Shown here: one piece after another, positions 41,537 to 51,757 of the stretch
How the letters are laid out: each line of letters begins with the position of its first letter
How positions within the stretch are numbered: the stretch's first letter is position 1
Assembly (NCBI GenBank): GCA_045541115.1
Contig: JAZQIM010000012.1
Span: 27,147-91,146, forward strand
Length of the DNA: 64,000 nucleotides
Source of the DNA: Candidatus Aphodoplasma sp.
GTDB taxonomy: Bacteria; Bacillota; Clostridia; UBA1381; UMGS1253
Direction: 5' to 3'
The notes under the pieces: model-generated
Databases searched by the model: none
What the model saw: only the letters and a program-made list of their open reading frames with translations
Told to the model about the DNA's origin: nothing
Translations under genes and position numbers: made by a program

Positions 41537-42364
41537 ATGAGTCGTACAGATGATATTTTTATAAATATGTGTCGCGACATACTTGAAAATGGCACCTGGG
41601 ATAAAGGAGATGTGCGTCCGCGTTGGGAGGATGGCACACCTGCCTATACAATCAAACGTTTCGGCGTAGTAAACCGCTATGATTTGTCAAAGGAGTTTCC
41701 GCTTTTGACGCTAAGACCGATAAATCTTAAGGCGGCAATCGACGAAATACTCTGGATCTGGCAAAAGAAGTCAAATAAAATATCTGAACTTAACAGTCAT
41801 ATATGGGACGCGTGGGCTGATGAGAATGGCACAATCGGAAAAGCATACGGATATCAGCTTGGCGTTAAACACAAATACAGTGACGGCGAATTTGACCAGG
41901 TTGACAGGGTAATATATGATTTAAAGAATAATCCGTCGAGCAGACGCATTATTACAAATATGTATAATCATACGGATTTGCATGAAATGGCACTTTATCC
42001 GTGCGCCTATTCGATGACATTTAACGTTGTGGACGGAAAGCTTAATGCGATTTTAAATCAGCGTTCACAGGATGTACTTTCCGCAAATGCATGGAATGTG
42101 TGTCAGTATGCTGCGCTCGTTATGATGCTTGCACAGGTATGCTCACTTGATGCAGGTGAGTTTGTGCACGTTATTGCCGACTCACACATTTACGACAGAC
42201 ATGTACCGATTATTAAGGAGCTTATAGCGCGCCAGACGCATGATGCGCCCGTGCTTGAGATAAATCCTGACATAAAAGATTTTTACGATTTTACTGTCGA
42301 TGATTTTGTGCTTAAAAATTATACGACGGGCGATAAAATCGGGAAATTTCCTGTAGCCATATAA
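41537..42364 (+). CDS. thyA: Thymidylate synthase
   Basis: AYGYQ, SRR, MALYPC, QRSQD, HIYDRH. Confidence 0.96.
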   Translation: MSRTDDIFINMCRDILENGTWDKGDVRPRWEDGTPAYTIKRFGVVNRYDLSKEFPLLTLRPINLKAAIDEILWIWQKKSNKISELNSHIWDAWADENGTIGKAYGYQLGVKHKYSDGEFDQVDRVIYDLKNNPSSRRIITNMYNHTDLHEMALYPCAYSMTFNVVDGKLNAILNQRSQDVLSANAWNVCQYAALVMMLAQVCSLDAGEFVHVIADSHIYDRHVPIIKELIARQTHDAPVLEINPDIKDFYDFTVDDFVLKNYTTGDKIGKFPVAI

Positions 42365-42378
42365 AAGGGAGAAAGAAT

Positions 42379-43197
42379 ATGAATCTAATTGTTGCCACAG
42401 ACAAAAACTGGGGAATAGGAAAAGACGGCACAATGCCATGGCACATTAGTGCTGATTTAAAATATTTTAAAGAAAAGACATTGGGCAAGCGAGTAGTAAT
42501 GGGACGAAAAACGCTTTTGTCCTTTCCGAAGCAAAAACCGCTTGTAAACAGAGAAAATGTCGTGATTTCCAAAAACGAGTCGTTTTTTGCAGAAGGTGCA
42601 GAGGTAATACATTCATTAGGCGAGCTTTGCAAATATGATGACACAGACGACACATTTATTATTGGCGGTGGCAGTATATACAGCGCGCTTTTGCCATATT
42701 GTAAATATGCATATGTTACAAAAATTGATGCGATGTTTGAGTGCGATACATATTTTGAAAATCTCGATATGCTTGACAATTGGAAAATGGTAGAGTGCGG
42801 TGAAGAAATATGCGAAAATGATATAAGCTTTCGTTTTACCGTATACGAAAATCTTAATCCGCTTCCGCTTTGCGCAGGGGATTTTGAGGAGGAAGAAAAA
42901 GTGAGTGATCACATAGATTATAACGTGAATAAACCATCGCTCGATGAGATTGATTTTAGCGCGTATGAGAAGCTTTGCGAAGTGGAAAACGATTTTGATG
43001 CTGACGTAAAGGTATCGCTTCTACGTTCATGTTCGATAATGGCTATTAAGCGTTATTCGGGACATGGTGCGGTTGCAAAGATATATTGCGGAAATTCAAA
43101 CCTTGGTGTTTTAATATATGTTCCGAAGGATAAGATAGAAGAAGCACGCGAGATTTTGGAAGCACCGTTTGACGCAGAAGAGCTTGAGCAAGACTGA
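42379..43197 (+). CDS. folA: Dihydrofolate reductase with ~100-aa C-terminal extension
   Basis: IG...MPW...DLKYFK, MGRKT, IGGGSIY, CDTYF; extension begins near residue 175. Confidence 0.9.
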   Translation: MNLIVATDKNWGIGKDGTMPWHISADLKYFKEKTLGKRVVMGRKTLLSFPKQKPLVNRENVVISKNESFFAEGAEVIHSLGELCKYDDTDDTFIIGGGSIYSALLPYCKYAYVTKIDAMFECDTYFENLDMLDNWKMVECGEEICENDISFRFTVYENLNPLPLCAGDFEEEEKVSDHIDYNVNKPSLDEIDFSAYEKLCEVENDFDADVKVSLLRSCSIMAIKRYSGHGAVAKIYCGNSNLGVLIYVPKDKIEEAREILEAPFDAEELEQD

Positions 43198-43223
43198 TTA
43201 CGATTTATAACTGGAGATTATAT

Positions 43224-43703
43224 ATGAAAAATGTTGAGCTTTTTACAGATGGAGCATGTAGCGGCAATCCCGGCAAGGGTGGCTATGGCGCAATATTAAA
43301 ATATAACGGTCATAAAAAGGAAATGAGCTGCGGATTTGTATGCACCACCAATAACCGTATGGAGCTTATGGCAGCAATTGTAGGGCTTGAGGCTTTAAAA
43401 GAGCCGTGTAATGTTACGCTTTACAGCGATTCAAAGTACCTTGTAGATGCGATCGAAAAGGGCTGGGTTTACAAATGGCAACAAAACGGCTGGACGATAA
43501 GCAACAAAAAGCCGGCGCTTAATGTCGACTTATGGGAAAGACTTCTTTTGCTTATGCAAACACATAATGTTACTCTTAACTGGGTAAAAGGGCATGCGGG
43601 ACACAAAGAAAATGAGCGCTGTGATGCTCTTGCTGTTTCGGCGTATCTTAAAGACGGACTTTGCGAAGACAAAGGCTTTGTGGAGCAGAGCTTTTATAAA
43701 TGA
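43224..43703 (+). CDS. rnhA: Ribonuclease HI
   Basis: [29 protein letters not shown]...NERCD. Confidence 0.97.
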   Translation: MKNVELFTDGACSGNPGKGGYGAILKYNGHKKEMSCGFVCTTNNRMELMAAIVGLEALKEPCNVTLYSDSKYLVDAIEKGWVYKWQQNGWTISNKKPALNVDLWERLLLLMQTHNVTLNWVKGHAGHKENERCDALAVSAYLKDGLCEDKGFVEQSFYK

Positions 43704-43760
43704 TAAAATTGTATAAAAACACCTCTTGTGTAAATAATATTTATCAAAGAGGTGTTTTAT

Positions 43761-44018
43761 TTGATTATAGCAATTCAAAGTGGGCTTGAAAATTTAGGAA
43801 AAGCATTGAGAGAATATGGTTTTGAGGTTGTAGAGCTTGGGGAAAGTGACACTGTCGTAGATGCGCTTATATACATGGGCGAGCCAATGCCACATGTGTC
43901 GGTCACAAATAAAGCCGACGCATATTCTCGCGGCGTGTTTATGGTAAATGCGCGCGGCAAAAGCGCAGATGAGATTGCGCAGATTTTAAGCAGACGCACA
44001 TATACACCGCTGTTTTAG
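43761..44018 (+). CDS. YkuS (UPF0180)-family protein
   Basis: IAIQSGL...G.EVV, DALIY, VNARGKS...I; TTG start after GAGGTG. Confidence 0.75.
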   Translation: MIIAIQSGLENLGKALREYGFEVVELGESDTVVDALIYMGEPMPHVSVTNKADAYSRGVFMVNARGKSADEIAQILSRRTYTPLF

Positions 44019-44208
44019 AAGGCATAATGCATAAAAAAGACGGTCAAATATTTATTTAGTGGCAAAAAATATATAAGCATAAACACGAAAAACGACAATG
44101 CAGCCAATAAAATTAAAAACTTATACAAATTTAGTTGAAAAAAGAAAAAAATAGGTATATAATAATTTCTGGACAATTTTAAGTGAAGATACAAAGGAGG
44201 TCAGAGTT

Positions 44209-45396
44209 TTGGCTGATAGAATATATATGGACAATGCTGCAACAACACCGATAAAAAAGGAAGTGCTTGATGCGATGATGCCATACCTTACAGATGAGTT
44301 TGGCAATGCCTCATCGATTTATTCATATGGAAGAAGCGCAAAAAGTGCGCTTGATGGCGCGAGAGAATGTGTTGCAAATGCGCTTGGCGCAAAGGCAAAC
44401 GAGATATATTTTACCGCGTGTGGTTCGGAGGCTGATAACTGGGCGATAAAAGGCGCGGCATATGCACTTAAATCAAAAGGAAAGCACATTATAACAAGTG
44501 CTATTGAGCATCACGCTGTGCTCCATACGCTTGAATATCTTGAAAAGCAAGGCTTTGAGGTTACATATCTTGGCGTAGATGAGTACGGAATGATAAGCCT
44601 TGATGAACTTAAAAAAGCGATAAGAGAAGACACGATTCTAATCAGTATCATGTTTGCAAATAATGAAATTGGTACGATTATGCCGATTGAAGAAATCGGA
44701 AAAATTGCAAAAGAGAACAAAATACTGTTTCATACAGATGCTGTCCAGGCAGTAGGCCATGTCCCGATAGATGTGCAAAAGATGGGAATTGATATGCTTT
44801 CTGTATCGGCACATAAGATATATGGCCCGAAAGGTGTAGGAGCGCTTTATGTAAGAAACGGCGTAAAAATCGACAACTTCATGCATGGCGGCGCACAGGA
44901 AAGAAGCAGACGCGCAGGCACGGAAAATGTTGCGGGTATAGTTGGCTTTGCAAAGGCAATTAAGCTTGCGACAGACAATGTAGAAGAAACTATGGAGCGT
45001 ATTGGCAGCCTTCGCGATATGATGATAGAAAAAATTAGCGAGCGCATACCGTATTGTCGCCTTAACGGACACAGGACGAAAAGACTTTGCAATAATGTAA
45101 ATTTCTCGTTTGAGTTTATTGAGGGAGAATCGCTACTTCTTATGCTTGATATGAATGGTATTGCGGCGTCGAGCGGAAGCGCGTGCACATCGGGCTCGCT
45201 TGACCCGTCGCATGTACTTTTGTCAATCGGACTAAAACACGAGCTGGCACACGGCTCTCTTCGTTTCAGCCTTGGTGATTTTAATACGGAAGATGAAATT
45301 GAAAAAGTAGTAGATAAACTTGAGATAATCGTGCAAAGACTTCGCGACATGTCGCCTTTGTATGAAGAAGTAGAAAGGGGAGTAAAGAATGTATAG
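44209..45396 (+). CDS. iscS: Cysteine desulfurase
   Basis: [32 protein letters not shown]. Confidence 0.97.
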   Translation: MADRIYMDNAATTPIKKEVLDAMMPYLTDEFGNASSIYSYGRSAKSALDGARECVANALGAKANEIYFTACGSEADNWAIKGAAYALKSKGKHIITSAIEHHAVLHTLEYLEKQGFEVTYLGVDEYGMISLDELKKAIREDTILISIMFANNEIGTIMPIEEIGKIAKENKILFHTDAVQAVGHVPIDVQKMGIDMLSVSAHKIYGPKGVGALYVRNGVKIDNFMHGGAQERSRRAGTENVAGIVGFAKAIKLATDNVEETMERIGSLRDMMIEKISERIPYCRLNGHRTKRLCNNVNFSFEFIEGESLLLMLDMNGIAASSGSACTSGSLDPSHVLLSIGLKHELAHGSLRFSLGDFNTEDEIEKVVDKLEIIVQRLRDMSPLYEEVERGVKNV

Positions 45397-45820
45397 TGAA
45401 AAAGTATTAGACCATTTTTCAAATCCGAGAAATGTCGGCGATATAAAAGATGCGAATGCAATCGGCGAGGTTGGAAACGCGAAATGCGGCGACATTATGA
45501 AGATATATATGAAAATTGAAGACGAAGTTATAAAGGATGTAAAGTTTAAGACATTTGGCTGCGGTGCAGCCGTTGCAACAAGCTCTATGGCAACGGAAAT
45601 GGTAAAAGGTAAGACGATTGACGAAGCACTCTCGCTTACAAACAAGGCTGTTATGGAGGCGCTTGACGGCTTACCGCCTGCAAAGATTCACTGTTCCGTA
45701 CTTGCTGAAGAAGCGATACACAGTGCGATTGAAGATTATTACAATCGTCTCGGTATCAAGACTGACAAGGTAAAAAAATGCAGCGGTTGTTGCAGTAGTT
45801 GCCATAATCACGAGGAATAA
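45389..45820 (+). CDS. iscU: Fe-S scaffold protein
   Basis: NPRNVG, CGD, FGCGAA, KIHCS. Confidence 0.96.
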   Translation: MYSEKVLDHFSNPRNVGDIKDANAIGEVGNAKCGDIMKIYMKIEDEVIKDVKFKTFGCGAAVATSSMATEMVKGKTIDEALSLTNKAVMEALDGLPPAKIHCSVLAEEAIHSAIEDYYNRLGIKTDKVKKCSGCCSSCHNHEE

Positions 45821-45824
45821 AAAC

Positions 45825-45859
45825 AAAAAGCACTTCAAGAATCTGTTGAAGTGCTTTTT
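45825..45859. terminator. Bidirectional terminator
   Basis: AAAAAGCACTTCAA...TTGAAGTGCTTTTT. Confidence 0.85.
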
Positions 45860-45868
45860 ATTTTTGAT

Positions 45869-46081
45869 TTAGATAAAATGAATGAGTAAATATGTGAAAG
45901 CTCCAATCGCGCCAGAAGCTGCGATAAAAGAAAGCATTACAGCCCTTTTTGATAGATGGTTTTTATAATGTCCGCTGCGTCTGCGCCGTTTTGTATCAAA
46001 ATAGCGCTTAATATAAAGCTCAAGTACTTCTTCAGCCTGTGACACAATATCGTATTGTTCATTTTTGCTTCTGTCTGCCAT
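45869..46081 (-). CDS. Small membrane protein
   Basis: RBS AAAGGA; C-terminal TM; possible GTATA-N15-GATAAAAATA promoter at 46124-46153. Confidence 0.6.
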   Translation of the reverse strand: MADRSKNEQYDIVSQAEEVLELYIKRYFDTKRRRRSGHYKNHLSKRAVMLSFIAASGAIGAFTYLLIHFI

Positions 46082-46163
46082 TTGCTATATCCTTTCGCGT
46101 AAAATAATGTAATTGTTTGATTATATTTTTATCATTTATAATGACAAATATACCTTTAAAAGA

Positions 46164-48527
46164 TTATTTTTCCAAAATTCTTGCAACAATTACCGTCATA
46201 TCATCATCTACATGGCCGTGTTTATGGATTACTGCTTCTTTTAATATGATTTCAGCAATAGCTTCAGGCTCGTCCTTTTGTTTTGTAGAAAGAAGTAACT
46301 CCTTTACCCAATTTGAATTCTTTTTTGCGTTTGAGATGCCATCACTCATCATCACAATCAAATCGCCACTGATAAGATGTTTACTTGACAAGCTAAGATC
46401 GGCATCGCTTAGTATTCCTGCAGGGAGTGTGGAGCAAAATATTGTTTCTACATTGTCATCGTGTTTTATGTATCCTGCCACCGCGCCAATTTTTACAAAT
46501 TCTACTCGGGCACTTACAAGGTCAATGATTGATAAATCTATTGTCGCAAAGGCTTCTGCGCCATTTTTTGAAACAAGCGCAGAATTTACAAGCGTAATGG
46601 CAGCAGTTTTATCAAAACCTGCAAGCAGGAGTTTTTTTAGAAGGTTTATTGCAATGCTGCTTTCACATGATGCCTGCTCGCCACAACCCATTCCGTCACT
46701 TATGGCAAGGGCATATCGGTTATCACCAAGGCTTACGGTGCAGTATGAGTCGCCGTTGTATTTTTGACCATCCTTTTTTAGCGTTGCAACACCGCTGACA
46801 ATTTTGTAGTTTAATTGTGGCTCAAAAATCACGTGTGTATCGCCGTGTAGGGTCTGGCGCATGCGCATTGGCTGTGAGAGTACGTGCGATATGACATCGC
46901 CTACTGTGTCTGTATACACAAGGTCATCTGTGTCGTAAAATTCTGTTTCAACTTCAAATCCTGAATCTGCTCTTTCAAAAACACAGATGCTTTTTAGCGA
47001 AATCTTATTTTTTAACAGTTCGTCAGAAATCTTTTTTTCGTATTTACTCTCACATAAGATATCGTTTGTCATTTCCTCGCAAAGAATGTCCATAACAGAG
47101 GCAAAGCCGCGATACTGTTGTGACAGTATTTTTCTTGCTTCATTTAGCTGGCCTTCCCAGAGAGTATTTATGCGGCTTATTTCGTAAAAATGATTTGCAG
47201 ATGCGACAAATTCAGAGCAGTGGGCGCATTTTTGGCGAAAATCGGATGGTACATCAAGAATGTCGGCGTAGCCTTTGTCAAGAAGTTTTTTCTTTATTGC
47301 AGATATTGCATCTGCGGTTATATCACCCTCTTTGTCCCAGCAATGTCCGCGCAGACCACATTTTGCGCATACCTTTTGAGCCGCGTTATCAAAAACCTGC
47401 GTAATGCGGCTTGCCTGTTCGCTGTCGTGGTTTAGTGAGAGGTCGTCAAATGACTGTGCGAGAGCATTAAAAGCTTCGCTTTGTGAACCGAGCCGAAGGT
47501 GTATAAGTTCCCTCATTTTCTGCAGATATGGTATATCAGAGCGCGAAGAGCAGTAACCGTTCACGAAGGCTGCTATACGTTCGAGCTTTTTTCGTGGAAA
47601 CATCATAAATATAACTGATGCAATTAAAAAATTCAGTATGCCGACGTTTCCGTAGATATACATAGTTGTTATAAAACCGATACTAATAGATGTAGAAGCA
47701 AAGGCGACAGAAACACCGTATTTTCCCAGAGGCTTTGCAGCGCCGGCACAAAAACCGCAAAGAGTGTATATGCCTATAACAAAAAGCATATCTAAAGAGT
47801 TTATTGCGCACACGATTCCGGCGCATGCTCCTGCACACGTACCAACGGCCATTCCTCTGCAATACGCCAAAAATATTACACAGATTGCACACACAATATG
47901 GCTTAAGTTGACAGGTCCCATACTCGTAATGTCGCTTAGGCCCGCGACACATAAAGATGCGATCATAAGAAGGCTTATAAGCTGTTCGTTTGCAATATAT
48001 CCTTTTGCTTTTTCGCGGCCGGCTATAAAGACATTTGCTTCTTTAAATATTATACAAATGAAGCCGCAAATTATTGATTCGAGAGTTAAAAGAGCGACGT
48101 TGTAGATAAGAAGCATATCATAAAGCATTACAATCATTCCGCCGCAAAACAGTGATAGAGCTGAGATGAGTGCATCGAGAGCGGGAGGTTTTGAGTTCCT
48201 TTTATCAAATAGCAGCTTATAAATATAAAAGATGCACATTGCAAGCAGGTATTTAAATGCCTTTGTGCCCATGCCGGCACTTAACATTCCGATTAAGGAG
48301 CATAAAAGAGTAAGCGGCATTTTTGCTCTTGTGTAAGATGAAGCAAAAAATGCACTTGCAAATGGGCTCATCGCGCCAAGCATGGATGTGCGCGCTAAAA
48401 GCAAGCAAATAATGCCTGATATGTAATCTCCTCTTTTCAGACGCACTTGCGAATCAGGTTTTTTAGCTTTTGTATTTGATGTAGCATCGTCCATCCGCTT
48501 ATAGGATGGTATTTCCGTTTGTGCCAT
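46164..48527 (-). CDS. spoIIE: Stage II sporulation protein E
   Basis: Multi-TM N-terminus, CxxC...CW, PP2C motifs GDSY, SDGMG, ATID, MSDG, DDMT. Confidence 0.96.
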   Translation of the reverse strand: MAQTEIPSYKRMDDATSNTKAKKPDSQVRLKRGDYISGIICLLLARTSMLGAMSPFASAFFASSYTRAKMPLTLLCSLIGMLSAGMGTKAFKYLLAMCIFYIYKLLFDKRNSKPPALDALISALSLFCGGMIVMLYDMLLIYNVALLTLESIICGFICIIFKEANVFIAGREKAKGYIANEQLISLLMIASLCVAGLSDITSMGPVNLSHIVCAICVIFLAYCRGMAVGTCAGACAGIVCAINSLDMLFVIGIYTLCGFCAGAAKPLGKYGVSVAFASTSISIGFITTMYIYGNVGILNFLIASVIFMMFPRKKLERIAAFVNGYCSSRSDIPYLQKMRELIHLRLGSQSEAFNALAQSFDDLSLNHDSEQASRITQVFDNAAQKVCAKCGLRGHCWDKEGDITADAISAIKKKLLDKGYADILDVPSDFRQKCAHCSEFVASANHFYEISRINTLWEGQLNEARKILSQQYRGFASVMDILCEEMTNDILCESKYEKKISDELLKNKISLKSICVFERADSGFEVETEFYDTDDLVYTDTVGDVISHVLSQPMRMRQTLHGDTHVIFEPQLNYKIVSGVATLKKDGQKYNGDSYCTVSLGDNRYALAISDGMGCGEQASCESSIAINLLKKLLLAGFDKTAAITLVNSALVSKNGAEAFATIDLSIIDLVSARVEFVKIGAVAGYIKHDDNVETIFCSTLPAGILSDADLSLSSKHLISGDLIVMMSDGISNAKKNSNWVKELLLSTKQKDEPEAIAEIILKEAVIHKHGHVDDDMTVIVARILEK

Positions 48528-48609
48528 AGCAAATCTCTCCTTGGTAAAAATTTTAAAAAAGTGTTCTAAAACAAAATTTTTGATAATATAATTTTAGTTT
48601 TATAACTCT

Positions 48610-48656
48610 ATTATATACATCTTAAATGGAATTTTTTGTAAATTCTCGTTGTCGAA
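48610..48656 (-). promoter_or_regulatory. Spo0A-dependent sigma-A promoter of spoIIE
   Basis: Minus-strand TTTACA-21 bp-TATAAT; TGTCGAA 0A box at 48650-48656. Confidence 0.65.
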
Positions 48657-48718
48657 AAATAAGAATAGACATACATAATTTTACAAATTATTCGGATTTA
48701 TAAAAATGATAAATTACC

Positions 48719-48747
48719 TTGAAAAAAGTTGATATTGGTGGTATAAT
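48719..48747 (+). promoter_or_regulatory. sigma-A promoter of smpB
   Basis: TTGAAA-17 bp-TATAAT with TG. Confidence 0.7.
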
Positions 48748-48809
48748 TAAGCAAGCATGGGAAAAATATCACATAGGCTCATATACTAAAACGGAGGGCA
48801 AATTGATAT

Positions 48810-49265
48810 ATGGAAAAAATAATTGCACAAAATAAAAAGGCGCGCCATGACTATTTTGTTGAGCAGACATATGAAGCGGGAATTGAGCTCTACGGCACTG
48901 AAGTAAAGTCGATAAGAGAAGGAAAAGTCAATTTAAAGGATTCATATGCAAGCGTGACAAAAAGCGGTGAGATATTTGTTATTGGCATGCATATTAGCCC
49001 GTATGAAAAGGGAAATATATTTAACAAGGATCCACTGCGCGAAAGAAAACTTCTTCTTCATAAACGCGAGATTTTAAAGCTTGCGGCAATTTCTGCGCAA
49101 ATGGGATATGCGCTCATACCTCTGTCTATGTATTTTAAAGATTCAAAGGTTAAGCTGGAGCTTGGAGTATGTAAAGGTAAAAAACTTTATGACAAGCGTG
49201 ATGATGCGGCAAAACGTGATGCAAAACGAAATATCGAGCGCGCTCTAAGAGACAGAAACAGATAG
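48810..49265 (+). CDS. smpB: SsrA-binding protein
   Basis: [38 protein letters not shown]. Confidence 0.98.
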   Translation: MEKIIAQNKKARHDYFVEQTYEAGIELYGTEVKSIREGKVNLKDSYASVTKSGEIFVIGMHISPYEKGNIFNKDPLRERKLLLHKREILKLAAISAQMGYALIPLSMYFKDSKVKLELGVCKGKKLYDKRDDAAKRDAKRNIERALRDRNR

Positions 49266-49284
49266 TGGGTGGATATATTTAACA

Positions 49285-49313
49285 TTGACATAAAAATATA
49301 CAGATGATATACT
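49285..49313 (+). promoter_or_regulatory. sigma-A promoter of tmRNA
   Basis: TTGACA-17 bp-TATACT with TG. Confidence 0.8.
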
Positions 49314-49346
49314 AACATGCAAACCTTCTTTAATAACTTCGTATAT

Positions 49347-49692
49347 GGGGGCGTAATGGTTTCGACGGGGATGTTGAAGTATGGGAAGCGGGTAGCGGTG
49401 GGCGCCGCTTAAAAAGCCTAACTTAAAATTAAACGCTAACAATAATAAATTAGCTTACGCTGCCTAATTAGGCGGCCGTCCTGCCAATGAGTACCGCGGC
49501 ATTGGTTAGGGCGTCATGCAGCGGTGAACGTGATTTAGCTAAGCTTTGCGCTAAACATGACTAATGAAGCTACTGAAGCTGTGAGTTTGTCTGTGGACTT
49601 ACAGTGGAGGGAATGTAGACCATAGACTGCACCCGGAGATGCCTGTATGAATATGTTTTCGGACGCGGGTTCGACTCCCGCCGCCTCCACCA
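49347..49692 (+). ncRNA. ssrA: tmRNA; tag ANNNKLAYAA at 49435-49467
   Basis: 5' GGGGGCGTAATGGTTTCGAC, 3' GGGTTCGACTCCCGCCGCCTCCACCA; tag ends YAA-stop; adjacent to smpB. Confidence 0.98.
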
Positions 49693-49761
49693 AGGAAAAC
49701 ACAATTTTAATTGTGTTTTTTTTTTATTTCAAAATTTTTTTAAAAAAATTTATTTTAAGTA

Positions 49762-49820
49762 TTGCTTTTTTTCGGGATTTATGTTAAACTTATCATCCAA
49801 GCAATTCGAACGTTTGTTTG
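49762..49820 (+). promoter_or_regulatory. sigma-A promoter with LexA (Cheo)-type box
   Basis: TTGCTT-17 bp-TAAACT (TG extended); CGAAC-GTTT-GTTTG at 49807-49820 fits GAAC-N4-GTTY. Confidence 0.55.
49798..49814 (+). repeat. Left arm of 17-bp inverted repeat
   Basis: CAAGCAATTCGAACGTT; 15/17 match to the reverse complement of 51696-51712. Confidence 0.7.
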
Positions 49821-49842
49821 TTTTTAAAAAGGAGGTGAGATT

Positions 49843-51087
49843 ATGAGTAACGAAAACTATTGGTTAACTTCATTTGATACTACATTACCACTGGACAAAA
49901 ATTCTAAAAAGAGCTATAATGGAATAAACACAGTACAGAAAAATGTTTTTGATGATACGTTTGCAAATTCTGCTCTTGATTACCTTTACTCTAATGATAA
50001 TCTTGGCAAGACGCAGAGTTTCCTGGAAAGCAACGGATTCCCATCTATCGAAGAGCGTCAGTATAACAAGCAATCTTACGGCGCAGCAGATGAGAATAGG
50101 CAAATGCTTGATTTATTCAAAAACAAATCAAACAGCATATTAAATCCAAAGCTCTCTGATGACACCGACCGCGCATTTTTGAGCGGACTAATGGGCGAAG
50201 AAGAGGAAAAAGCTTACCATCAAAGTCAAATAGCAGACGCAAATAGCGCAATAAAACGGTGGCAAAGTGCTTTTATCGGTTCACCACTTGAAAGTCAATT
50301 AAACGGAGTTGCTGATTCAGCATTGCAAAAGATAAATACTTTGCAGACGGCAGAGCCTGACTTTTTTAATGCAAAAAATAACATTGTGCCTGTTGACAAC
50401 TTCAATTTGTTTCCAGAGAATGACAATAATAATGTATCATCTTTGCTTTTGCAAGATACCAATAATACGCTGAGCATGGTAAATACAAGGGCCTTGGTAG
50501 ATAATAGTCTTAAAAAACTACTTAATAAAGCTAAACAAGCATTTCAAATTTTTTGGGACCTTCCTGACGAAATGCAAAAAGATGTACAAAGAAGCATGTG
50601 GAGAACTGGAGCTCGATATTATTTAGGAAAAGAAGAATTTTATACTTCTTTATGGATGCTTGAGCACGCTCTGCAAGATAATCCAAGTGATATATGGCGT
50701 GGAAATGATTCCAGAATTGCATCTTTGATTAATAATGACAAAGTTTATTTGGACAAATTAGATGAGGCTATTAAAGCATCCAAGGATGGAACAATTGACA
50801 CTGATTTGGAAGATATACGATTTAAGAACGACGATTTATATTATTCAATTCATAAAGCAAATATTCATGTTACCGGACATAGACAAAGTAATGGAAAGTG
50901 GATTGTGCATGCAACACTATCTGATACATATGATTTTACAGAATTCATGACTTTTAAAGATGATAACGGAGGGTGGTCGACACAATTCAGCCCTGGAACA
51001 GTAGCAAATGATGTAGCTGTAGCATCTCAAATACTTGGGGCAATTAATCCATACCATGTTACGGTGGATTTTTACACAACGAGGTGA
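49843..51087 (+). CDS. Hypothetical protein, putative polymorphic toxin/effector
   Basis: RBS AGGAGGTG; N/D/S-rich low-complexity N-terminal half; globular C-terminal ~180 aa (DLYYSIH...DTYDF) resembling, from recall, C-terminal tips of Firmicute RHS proteins. Confidence 0.5.
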   Translation: MSNENYWLTSFDTTLPLDKNSKKSYNGINTVQKNVFDDTFANSALDYLYSNDNLGKTQSFLESNGFPSIEERQYNKQSYGAADENRQMLDLFKNKSNSILNPKLSDDTDRAFLSGLMGEEEEKAYHQSQIADANSAIKRWQSAFIGSPLESQLNGVADSALQKINTLQTAEPDFFNAKNNIVPVDNFNLFPENDNNNVSSLLLQDTNNTLSMVNTRALVDNSLKKLLNKAKQAFQIFWDLPDEMQKDVQRSMWRTGARYYLGKEEFYTSLWMLEHALQDNPSDIWRGNDSRIASLINNDKVYLDKLDEAIKASKDGTIDTDLEDIRFKNDDLYYSIHKANIHVTGHRQSNGKWIVHATLSDTYDFTEFMTFKDDNGGWSTQFSPGTVANDVAVASQILGAINPYHVTVDFYTTR

Positions 51088-51093
51088 TATATT

Positions 51094-51690
51094 ATGAAGA
51101 AGCATAAAGTTGGTATGATTATACTTATTATATTTATCTCTATTTCTATTCTTTCGGGTTCTGTCATAAATATTGTATATTCAAACAGACATATATTTTA
51201 TAATCTGTTTTGGACCTGGTTCGGTAATGGATTAACGCATGAACGAACATTAGATGTCGGATATGGACGTGAAATAGCGGATTGGATCGATATGAATGAC
51301 AAAACTTATGTAATCACTCACTACGAGTCCGACAAAAAATTGGAATATGTCAAAAACGGTGAAAAAATCACTTTATTAAATTCTGTAATCACTTATTATT
51401 TTATAGATTGGAAGTTTTATGTGATTGCAACAAACGGATATGCGGTGATGGACAAAAACAGTGTCGCAAGAATATACACCTCTGAAGATAAGGTTTCGTT
51501 TGAAAATGTGTATTATCTCACAAGCTTTGAAGATTTTGAAAAAGAAGAACAAGAACTGTTTGATTCTTTTGGATTTTACACCAAAGAGTCAAGGCAGTTG
51601 GGCATTTTTTTAATTATAGCTTGCTTACTCATTGTTGTACTTGTGGCAATACTTATTATTTTAGTTATAAAATGCATACTAAAAAAATAA
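51094..51690 (+). CDS. Membrane protein, putative immunity protein
   Basis: Coupled 6 bp downstream with RBS GAGGTG; N- and C-terminal TM helices; AT-rich. Confidence 0.5.
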   Translation: MKKHKVGMIILIIFISISILSGSVINIVYSNRHIFYNLFWTWFGNGLTHERTLDVGYGREIADWIDMNDKTYVITHYESDKKLEYVKNGEKITLLNSVITYYFIDWKFYVIATNGYAVMDKNSVARIYTSEDKVSFENVYYLTSFEDFEKEEQELFDSFGFYTKESRQLGIFLIIACLLIVVLVAILIILVIKCILKK

Positions 51691-51695
51691 TCAAC

Positions 51696-51712
51696 AACGT
51701 TCGTTTTGCTTG
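51696..51712 (-). repeat. Right arm of 17-bp inverted repeat
   Basis: AACGTTCGTTTTGCTTG, 5 bp after the stop codon and just before the terminator. Confidence 0.7.
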
Positions 51713-51716
51713 AATT

Positions 51717-51757
51717 TACAGCCTGCAGTTTTTATGCCGCAGGCTGTATTGTTTTTT
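51717..51757 (+). terminator. Intrinsic terminator of cassette
   Basis: TACAGCCTGC...GCAGGCTGTA-TTGTTTTTT. Confidence 0.8.
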
